This document shows, one piece after another, positions 1-8,455 of a DNA stretch of 64,000 bases. This DNA is from Macrostomum lignano (Eukaryota): the NCBI GenBank assembly GCA_002269645.1, contig NIVC01002858.1:1-64000 (forward strand), given 5' to 3'. The position numbers and the translations under genes are program-made. The notes below the pieces were generated by a model. That model was not told the origin of the DNA. It searched no databases and saw nothing but the letters and a program-made list of their open reading frames with translations. Each line of letters starts with the position of its first letter. The first letter of the stretch is position 1.

Positions 1-748
1 AAAACACAATTTTAAGAAATCTTACAAGAGACATTTCCGATCAATTTTAATTCCGGAAATAATGTTTATTTATATAATAACTTTTCCATTTAAATAAAGG
101 AAAGGGATTAAGTTCGAAAGACTCCGAAAGGATTTTAATTTTAGTGATATTATTTCAATTTTTCTTATTCGAGAGAATACAAAGTTTATAAGGATAGGTA
201 ACATACTAACGAAATGTTACTGAAAAAGTCATTGGAATTTTTATGTATTGATAAAAAATTTAAACCTAGGATCAGAAGAGAGTTACCACTTTGGGAAGAA
301 TATATAAACGTATGCATTAAATAAACTAAACAAACCTGAAAGTTCTACAGTACTTCCTGACGCGCGGACTTTGTAACCCGGTAGCAATAGTTTCCGGTTT
401 GTATTCAATAGTTTCTATCGGAGGAGCTTTGGTTTGTCCAAACGCAATTCTTCAATTCCATATCGGTAAAAGTTTCAACATCCAAATTCTATTTCTATCT
501 TTTAAATATTTTTCATATAACTCAACCGCGTTGATAATTCATGAATAGTTATCTCTCCGTCATCCAATATTTTTTGCACATATAAATATAATTGATTTTT
601 ATATTGTTTTGCAACATCTCTTAAAGATTTATATTTTTCCTTTCTTTTTTAAGATATAATTTAATTGCTAAAAGTATTGATAAGTTCCTGATCAATTCAA
701 AACCTGATATTGAGCCAATTGAAAATACCTAAAAATAATTGAGATAAA

Positions 749-1006
749 TTAAGAGTTGGAATATTGTAAAATACCTAAAACAATTACACATAACATCGAT
801 AAGCTTCCAAATCCAATATTGAAAAAATCCATATTTCTGATATGATTTGAAATTCTTCTTACTTTTTTAGTATATAAATCATAATCATAATTTATTCGAT
901 CAACATTACTCAACATGTGACCCTTGCGTTGGTCGTGCATAGCACGCGAACCTTCGGTTCGGTCAAAATGATCACGTTCCCTTTTATCTGCTTCAGACAC
1001 CGACAT
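749..1006 (-). CDS. Small Polinton protein with C-terminal hydrophobic segment; contains an in-frame double-hairpin module
   Basis: 85-aa ORF with hydrophobic tail FFNIGFGSLSMLCVIVLGIL and AAAATG start context like neighbouring genes. Confidence 0.45.
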   Translation of the reverse strand: MSVSEADKRERDHFDRTEGSRAMHDQRKGHMLSNVDRINYDYDLYTKKVRRISNHIRNMDFFNIGFGSLSMLCVIVLGILQYSNS

Positions 1007-1319
1007 TTTCGTCTATTTTTAATAGCACCAAAATGAATTCCCCGCGCTCTTTGGGTATTTGTCCCGAGCTCAATAGGTATTGTATTGGAGTGATTCTTTC
1101 TTTTTTCTCCCATTTAAATCCTATTTTCCAAAACTCTTGAAGTATAATATGATTTTTTAATAACTTAATTAATTCTTGAAGCTTCTTGTTATCCTGAACA
1201 TTTACAGTACTAAATAAAAATTTGGTATGAGATTTGAATGTTTTTATATTTGATTCTTGTTTAGGAATAGGAATAATAACATTATTTTGCCGCATCGATG
1301 GAGTTCTACTAAAAGCCAT
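993..1319 (-). CDS. Hypothetical Polinton protein (108 aa)
   Basis: ORF in the co-oriented gene cluster with TATAAAATG start context; no recognisable motif. Confidence 0.45.
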   Translation of the reverse strand: MAFSRTPSMRQNNVIIPIPKQESNIKTFKSHTKFLFSTVNVQDNKKLQELIKLLKNHIILQEFWKIGFKWEKKERITPIQYLLSSGQIPKERGEFILVLLKIDENVGV

Positions 1320-1357
1320 TTTATATATAAATATTTAGATTTGTACGGGTGGTTTTT

Positions 1358-3208
1358 CTAAATAAGCGGTAGAAGGAAAAACATAACCAAACGATGTGCT
1401 ACCACAAACGGCTGCGCACGAATAAAATGTGCAGCATCCGATCCTCCAGTTCGAGCACCAAAACCCATAAGGGTTCCAGATTTATCTAAAGTTCCCCAAG
1501 TTCCACTATCATATGTGAAAACGTTCTGTCCAATGAGGGTAAAAGAATCACCAGCAAACATTGTATGACTGTAATCGGTACCAAACCCTTTGATTTAAAA
1601 TATTAATTTCAAATAAATGCCAATCGCCGTTATCAATATTTGCATAATCTACCGTTTGATCTGCGTCAGTATTAACATCCGCGCGGCTTGATCCGTCTGA
1701 TTTTTTATTACTCCATACAACGCCAAATTTATCATGCCACTCACTTGCAAAAACTATCAATCCGGCGTCGGTTGTTAATCCAGTCCCACCTTCACTTGTT
1801 GGGCGTTCGTGACAATATGCATAAAACCAAACCGCATCTGCACCATCTCCTGTAGAATTAGCGACTCGGAAATAGAAAGACGCAGATATATTTTGAAAAT
1901 GTGTGAAATTGAATTGTAATGCCCCACTTACTCCACCAGTTTCACGAGTAATTCTAGCTCCATTTTGATAATCGATATAAGAAGCGTCGCCAATTAAAGA
2001 ACCAACTGGATATATATCTCCAGCGGTTGTTGGATTTTGATATCCAGTCCAATTACAAATTACTGGCTCGAATAATGCGGCATCAATCGCGGGAATATTA
2101 TCCAATTTATTTTTATCACCGGCAGACATTCTACCATTTGAAGTTGGAGTTGCTACCTGATCTACGTACGCTCGCGGGTAGCAGATAGTATTTCATTTGG
2201 CCAATTAAGATCTTGAATTTCAACTCGGTGTTCAAATAATTGTATTAGACGAACCTCGATAGGTTGTGTAGCGGTGCCACCAGTTGGGAATAAAACGCTA
2301 TAATATTTCCAAAAATTAACCGTTAAATTAGTTAACGCAAATGAAGTTGCTTGAATTGGTGATCCCGACGTTCGTAATACCGTCCATGCATCGGTAGCAA
2401 CATTTTTTGCACGAACCGACCATCCCGATGGAATATCAATAGTTGCGCTGCCTGTAATTCTTAATTCATTTATTCTTCGATTATAACCTAAAAATTCAAA
2501 TTGAATTTCCATATTGGTTGTGGTTCCGGTATTTGGTGACCATTGTGTCGCAAGGCTTCCATCTCCAACTCGAAAAGCATCGTTGGTATTTTCGGATGCT
2601 GTAAGAACAACATCTGGATTTGAAGTATTTGATGTAAGCGGCGTGGCAAAAATATCGGCGTCGGTTACATTAGCTCGAGCGTTGACCTGCCCTAAATTGA
2701 CCGAGTCTGTGGCCTCTGTTCCAAATAATAAATTTGTTAATTTAAAATTATTCATATTGATATTGCCGTTACGACTACCAACCTGATTATCGACATAGTT
2801 CTTATCAACTACCGAGTTATTCGTTGTAATTGCAACATTTATAATTCGATTGTTATCCATATCTAAAGTTCCGGTTGCGGTGGCTTGAACATAACGCGAA
2901 TCAGAATCAGTTCGAGAATAAGAATCAGTTATATCTCTTTTTAAATTTAACCCAGTGTCAACCTCTGATTTTGTATATGAATCGCTAATATCTCTTTTAA
3001 GATTTAATGAAGTATCGATTTCAGTTTTGGTATAGGAATCTGCAACATTCCGTTTCAAATTTAGTTTAGTATCAACTTCACTTTTTTTATAACCTTCATC
3101 TTCATTAATATATCGATTATCTCCAAATGTAACACTTATTCCACCAGATGTGCCACCACCACCACTACTTGTTGTTCCGTTCCATGAGGGTGTTCCAGAA
3201 AATATCAT
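1358..3208 (-). pseudogene. Fibre/adhesin-like virion protein with discoidin-like and L-type lectin-like domains, split by two frameshifts
   Basis: ORFs 2162-3208, 1548-2129 and 1358-1561 join into one protein. It has YTKxEVD repeats, a YadA-stalk-like motif (LTNL..GT..TDSVNLGQV), ATRAYVD/MSAGDKNKLDNI fibre motifs across the first shift (2 extra nt near 2170), and a lectin-like GADAVWF...DNGDWH segment. Confidence 0.7.
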
Positions 3209-3245
3209 TTTTTACTGTCTATTTTATAGAGTCTAAAATCGAACC

Positions 3246-3689
3246 TTAGGTTCGCATGCTTTGCATGATAGTCTTAAATACTTTGTGGTTTACACGAGCT
3301 TCATTCGAAATTCGATATAAAAAATATAACGCTGCTTGTCCGCAATAACTTTTATCAAAGGTTTGAAACTGTTCGTGATGATCTCCACATAAACGATTTT
3401 TAGTATGATTAAATTTGTCTTTTATTTCCTGTAACGGAGGAAGCGCGTATGAATCAAAAAAATAAACAAGTTTTGGTTTTGAATAAACTGCTGACCAATG
3501 AACACCGTTTTCTTTTGTTGTTTCAATATTAACAATGAAAGATCCATATTGTGGTAAGTCTTTGATCTCATCTCGCATAACACATCTGAATGGTTTTATT
3601 TTTAACTGCCTCGCCCAATTTGTTAATTCGATATTGCTTGTTGTGTCCGTTCCATATCTTTGTTTAAAATCATCCCACGTCATGGTCAT
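3246..3689 (-). CDS. Adenain-like (C5) cysteine maturation protease
   Basis: Motifs GVHWSAV (His), YFFDSY (Asp) and QFQ....YCG (Gln/Cys) in adenain order, in Polinton context. Confidence 0.9.
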   Translation of the reverse strand: MTMTWDDFKQRYGTDTTSNIELTNWARQLKIKPFRCVMRDEIKDLPQYGSFIVNIETTKENGVHWSAVYSKPKLVYFFDSYALPPLQEIKDKFNHTKNRLCGDHHEQFQTFDKSYCGQAALYFLYRISNEARVNHKVFKTIMQSMRT

Positions 3690-3690
3690 T

Positions 3691-3900
3691 TTATGTTCCT
3701 GAAAAACTCTTGGTTTTAGTTAGTTTCGTAGGTGTGGGTTTTAACAATTCCTTTCTTATTTTATCAGCTTGTAACTGCCTTAATTTTGCTAGTTCTAGTT
3801 CGTAATTATCTTCAGCTTTTTTAACTTTTTCTGATTGTTTTTTTATTAAATTATTATTATTATCGTGCTTTGCACGCGAACATGTTGTTCGATTACCCAT
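3691..3900 (-). CDS. Small basic coiled-coil Polinton protein; contains an in-frame double-hairpin module
   Basis: 69-aa ORF fitted tightly between mCP and protease, with TAAAAATG start. Confidence 0.4.
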   Translation of the reverse strand: MGNRTTCSRAKHDNNNNLIKKQSEKVKKAEDNYELELAKLRQLQADKIRKELLKPTPTKLTKTKSFSGT

Positions 3901-3944
3901 TTTTACTATAGGAAACGGACAAAGTCCTCGAACCTTTGGTTCGG

Positions 3945-4730
3945 CTAAACCTGTTTTATACGTAAAATCACTGTTATTGACTGCCCACCAAAACTTATTA
4001 ATCTATCGCTTTCATCTACAATCCTAATATAAATTGATTGAACATTATATTGATTTAATGGGTAATATATTGGGGTTTGAGGTGATACAATCATTTTCTC
4101 TCCAATTGGAACAGCAAGAAATGGGATTGAATAAATAATTCCACGTTGAACCAAAACTCCGTTATCGTCTGTTATATAACCACCGTTTGAAATGTCGGTT
4201 GTTATATTAATTGTATTTACTCCACCCTCTATATTTCCAACTGTATCACCGGTGCTTGATGTGGTAACTATTCGGGAATTAAATCCAAGTATGGTTCTGA
4301 GTGAATTTGCAATTGTGAAATCAACCTGATATCCGGATCCTAGTGATAGTGTGAATCTGCCAGACGGTAAATCAACACCTATAACAATCGCGCCTGCTAC
4401 CCAATCGCCGTTAGATGTTAATTCTCCTTCTATATAAGCATTCAAATCAGTATAGCTATACGCTCCTGGGTTAACGCTAAATGTTGTCCAATTGGCTCCG
4501 GAATCTTTAGAATATCTAAATTGATTATTTGTTGCATTAATTAATTGAGGCATGTTGAAAACCGAAAATAGTATTAAACCTATTTGATAACTTAGGCTTT
4601 GATCAAGTTGTAATGGATCGCGCAATTGAATCCGTTGCTCGCTGGTTGTCATTATAAACTGTAATGTTGTACTAAATTTTGAATTAGTTCGATCTACCAA
4701 TTGTTTTATAGTATCTAAATTTGTAGTCAT
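3945..4730 (-). CDS. Minor capsid protein (penton-like, single jelly-roll)
   Basis: 261 aa with Polinton mCP-like pattern (NNQFRY, PGAYSYTDLN, C-terminal YYPL..IYIRIVDE..RLISFGG..ITVILRIK). Confidence 0.85.
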   Translation of the reverse strand: MTTNLDTIKQLVDRTNSKFSTTLQFIMTTSEQRIQLRDPLQLDQSLSYQIGLILFSVFNMPQLINATNNQFRYSKDSGANWTTFSVNPGAYSYTDLNAYIEGELTSNGDWVAGAIVIGVDLPSGRFTLSLGSGYQVDFTIANSLRTILGFNSRIVTTSSTGDTVGNIEGGVNTINITTDISNGGYITDDNGVLVQRGIIYSIPFLAVPIGEKMIVSPQTPIYYPLNQYNVQSIYIRIVDESDRLISFGGQSITVILRIKQV

Positions 4731-4828
4731 TTTTATAGTGGGAAATTAATCGGACGAAGTCCGCGTTCCGAAGGAACGATCGAACGAAGTTCGCGACCCT
4801 ATGGGGCGATCGTACAAAGGTACGCGTG

Positions 4829-5628
4829 CTATGCACGATCCTCTTCTTCCTCATTATCTTCTTTTATCAAATTTGTTAAAATTCTATGTTTCCTTTCTAA
4901 CCTCGGATTGATATAAATATGTTTGTATTGGCTATCATCCCAAATTTTTTTACACATACTTTTAAATGGTTTTGCATCCAACCCGGGATTAAATCTAGCG
5001 TGAATATTTTGTAGATCATAGTTATCTAAATCAAACATTACACAACAGCTAGCATTCTTTTTATAATCGATTCTAATTCTCTAAAGGATTGAGTAAGATA
5101 AAAAGCTCCAATTCCATCTCCTCTACCACTAACAAAAATTTCCTTTTGTAATTCTTGATCACCGTCATTAATACAATCATCAAAAATAATTAGTGTTTTA
5201 TCATGTTTTGGAATTTGATCATAGGCTAATCGGGTTGATACTCTAACAGTTGGGGCTCGATCGGACGAAGTCCGCGACCCTTCGGGGCGATCGGTGATGT
5301 TTTCTGGCTGTTGTGCCATTGTTTTACATAAATCCTCAATGTCTGCTAGATTAAATCGCGGTTCGTCATCATCCTCATATTGCTCATATGCTCTTAACAT
5401 TCTAAACAAGACATCTTTTTTTAATTTGTTTTTTAATCCATGTTTAAGAAATTCATAATATTTTATTCTAGGTTTGTTAGTATAAATTATTAAATTATTA
5501 TAGTCTAGCATTCCATCTGTTGTTAATAAATCGTAAACAAAGTGTGTTTTTCCTTTACCCGACCCACCAATTACTAAACAAAGAAAAGGATCATTTGGAA
5601 ATATCTTATCGTGTTTTGCCTTTACCAT
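4829..5628 (-). pseudogene. A32/FtsK-family genome-packaging ATPase, one frameshift
   Basis: Walker A GGSGKGKT, Walker B LIIFDD and GR.....LTQ motif. One extra A in the run near 5060 restores IKKNASCCVMFDL and joins ORF 5038-5628 to ORF 4829-5038. Confidence 0.9.
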
Positions 5629-5679
5629 TTTTAAAGAAATAATTTAAATAGGCGCGACGGTCGGAGACCTGCACTCATT

Positions 5680-7152
5680 TTACAGCGGCGCGTCCCGAAC
5701 AATCGTGCCATCAGCTTTAGCAATTGACATATATTCCTCTAGAAACAATACGTGGGCGTCAAGTGCCTGATTACCGGTTTTATTAATCTCTAACATATAA
5801 TTAAGTCCAATATTGGCTACGTTTTCTTTCTGTGCCGTTAGATCATAAACAACCACTGGATGAATGTTTAGAAACTCTGTGGGTGTGTACTGAGGGACGG
5901 CATACGCTTCATTTTTAGCATAATCTTGATAATATTTTATAAAATCATTAACATTATTATTTGCTATATTTAAATTTAGGGGGTCTTTAACCGGATAATA
6001 TTGATCATCAACCTGCAGGCGGATATTCTGAACATTAAACTCGTTAATTGCAGCAACTGCGTTGTCTGTTGCGGTAGCTGCTTGTGCTGCTATGTCACCC
6101 GATTGAAGCCAATATAAATCCCCATTTGCTCTTTTACTCCTTCTATTTGTTATCTTAAACCAAACAAAAATATATCTCACCCGACGTTTTGATGTCAGTA
6201 TTTGCCACTGGAATGAATCCTGATTGTTATTAATGGTTCGCATAAAGTGTCTACGATTCAAATAAAATATTTCCTGATCATGCGTTAACTGATTATCGAT
6301 GTGTTTTAAAAGCGGAGCTGTTACCTCAATAGTTGGTACGACTAATTGAATTGAATCTATACGAACTGCTATATCGGTTGAAATTGAGGTTCCATAAAGT
6401 ATCCTAGGCTGATATCCACCAGATATTTGCAACTGTATCCCAAATTTTAATCCTTTCCATACCCGATTTGGTGAGAAGAACCCAAATAGCGGGAAGATTG
6501 AAAAGTCCTGCTCATATGCTGTTGCTGTGGTTAAAACCGCGACTGGGAATTTATTCTGACGATCTATAAAACCAGTATTAATATCTTTTGTATTAGTCAT
6601 AGTGGTTACAACTGGAACTATGTTTGTATTAAGGTAAACAATTAGCGCTGCAGTATCTGCACCGGCTGCGTTTTGTACATTAGGGAAAACTACTGCTTGA
6701 CCGTTACCTTTATCCGGCATCCACCCAACATTATCACCAACTTGTTTTGATAAATAAGTATAATTTAAATGTTTCAAAACTCCATTAATCTCTGCGGGGT
6801 TTGATGATGTCTCAACCTCAGCACCATTAACAGTTAGTTGAGCTTGGGAAAAACATTTATAAAACCAATCATTTTCTATTATTATTCCGGATCGATCTGC
6901 GATATCTCCGGCTGCAAGAGCAGTTCCATCATTTCTAGTATACAACCATCTAACGCGGAAAAACGCATTTTTCATATCCAATATAGTGTTGGTTGCGCCG
7001 ATGTCAAAAGTTACCGTTCCAGTAGTAAAGTTATTTGAATTATCACTTGTTGGTAGGGTATAATTTAAATCTCTTGCTCTGACCTCATTAATATACTGTC
7101 GGTGCTTTTTGAAATGAAATTTATCACTCCACATAGTTTTTGTTTCAGCCAT
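5680..7152 (-). CDS. Major capsid protein (double jelly-roll, hexon-like)
   Basis: 490 aa, beta-rich, FSQAQLTVNGAEVE motif; size and position next to the ATPase and mCP are typical of a Polinton MCP. Confidence 0.85.
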   Translation of the reverse strand: MAETKTMWSDKFHFKKHRQYINEVRARDLNYTLPTSDNSNNFTTGTVTFDIGATNTILDMKNAFFRVRWLYTRNDGTALAAGDIADRSGIIIENDWFYKCFSQAQLTVNGAEVETSSNPAEINGVLKHLNYTYLSKQVGDNVGWMPDKGNGQAVVFPNVQNAAGADTAALIVYLNTNIVPVVTTMTNTKDINTGFIDRQNKFPVAVLTTATAYEQDFSIFPLFGFFSPNRVWKGLKFGIQLQISGGYQPRILYGTSISTDIAVRIDSIQLVVPTIEVTAPLLKHIDNQLTHDQEIFYLNRRHFMRTINNNQDSFQWQILTSKRRVRYIFVWFKITNRRSKRANGDLYWLQSGDIAAQAATATDNAVAAINEFNVQNIRLQVDDQYYPVKDPLNLNIANNNVNDFIKYYQDYAKNEAYAVPQYTPTEFLNIHPVVVYDLTAQKENVANIGLNYMLEINKTGNQALDAHVLFLEEYMSIAKADGTIVRDAPL

Positions 7153-7186
7153 TTTTTTAAGTTAAAAAAGTTTTTTATGTTAAAAA

Positions 7187-7858
7187 ATGAGTCAATTTAT
7201 GGACGTTGATGGAGAGTTAGCGATTTATAAAGAGAAGCAAAGATATTCTGATTTTGTTAGAAATTTACAAAAAAGAAAGTTAGGAATACAATTAGCGGGT
7301 GAAAGATTTGCTGCTCCTTTTGTTAATCCTATTACTGGGAAAATTAGTGAACTAGAAAAAACAGATAAAGATCTTCTGGAAAAAATTGCTAAAAATACGG
7401 AGCCAAAAGAGGATGAAATTTTGGATGAGCCGCCAGCTTATGATGTTGATCAAGCTCAATTGAGAGTTGCAGAGATTAGGGCTGCAGAAAGGGGTGGAGT
7501 TGATGAATATCCGAGAGCTGCACCAACTAGTATTGCTGTGACAGATTTAGGTAATAATAATTATCGAATTGGTGGAGTTGATAAAAATCGAAATGAACTA
7601 TATAGAGAATTGGGCGGAGCATATAATATTGTTATGAACCCTAGGGTAAAATTTAACCCTGAATTATATACTAGGGATGAATTAGTAAGTGCAAAAATTT
7701 TTTATGATGAGTTGGGAGTAAGAGCTGCTAAAAATACCAGCTTGTATAAAAGGATTGTTAATTCTATAAATAACAAACCAGCTGTTGGAGAAGGATTTAA
7801 AACACCGCGAAAACTTGTTTTAGCTGCTGCGAAAGCTGCTGGACATACTGGAGTTTAA
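7187..7858 (+). CDS. Hypothetical Polinton protein (223 aa), possibly a virion core protein
   Basis: Clean ORF, TAAAAAATG start, divergent from MCP across a 34-bp AT-rich gap. Confidence 0.6.
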   Translation: MSQFMDVDGELAIYKEKQRYSDFVRNLQKRKLGIQLAGERFAAPFVNPITGKISELEKTDKDLLEKIAKNTEPKEDEILDEPPAYDVDQAQLRVAEIRAAERGGVDEYPRAAPTSIAVTDLGNNNYRIGGVDKNRNELYRELGGAYNIVMNPRVKFNPELYTRDELVSAKIFYDELGVRAAKNTSLYKRIVNSINNKPAVGEGFKTPRKLVLAAAKAAGHTGV

Positions 7859-7885
7859 TTAATTGTTAAATTTATTTTTTATAAA

Positions 7886-8455
7886 ATGGAACCTAAAAAG
7901 ATTTGTATTAAGTGTAAACAAGAAAAACCAATGACGAAAGAATTTTATTTTTGGAGAAATGATTCAAAAAAAATTAGAAATGATTGTCGATCTTGTCATA
8001 ATACCTCATCTACTATTTGGATGAAAAACAATAAAGATAAATTTAATGAATATAGAAAAAACAAGTATCACAATGATGATAATTACAAACATATTGTTTT
8101 AATTAGAAATAGAATAAATTGGGCGTTGAAAAATTTTAATGACAAGGACTATATCTCATATCTTGATTGCACAAAAGAATTCTTTTTTGATTGGTTAAAT
8201 TTCACAAGAAAATATTATGTTTCAAAAGATTATACTGGAAATTTAGATATTGATCATTTCATTCCCGCTTCTTCGTTTAGTTACAAAGATGAAGATCAGA
8301 TGAAAAAGTCTGAACATTGGACAAATAAAAGATACTTAACTAGCGTAGATAATAACTATAAAAAAGTTAAACAACCAACCATTGAAGAGTTTGCAAAACA
8401 ATTGGTGCTTTCATGTATTTTTAAGGCTATTAAAAATGAACCAAATAGTGTTTGA
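7886..8455 (+). CDS. Free-standing HNH endonuclease with N-terminal zinc ribbon
   Basis: CxxC...CxxC (CIKC, CRSC) followed by LDIDHFIPASSF...HWTN...DN..K, the HNH pattern seen in large DNA viruses and phages. Confidence 0.85.
   Translation: MEPKKICIKCKQEKPMTKEFYFWRNDSKKIRNDCRSCHNTSSTIWMKNNKDKFNEYRKNKYHNDDNYKHIVLIRNRINWALKNFNDKDYISYLDCTKEFFFDWLNFTRKYYVSKDYTGNLDIDHFIPASSFSYKDEDQMKKSEHWTNKRYLTSVDNNYKKVKQPTIEEFAKQLVLSCIFKAIKNEPNSV

Noticed and set aside
110-133. GAAA-loop double hairpin as an additional copy of the module
   Set aside because: Lacks the CG ends, 13+15 geometry and AT flanks; possibly a distant relative only.
1-720. Possible PolB or other gene fragments at the left edge
   Set aside because: Only short, stop-interrupted frames with no recognisable polymerase motifs.
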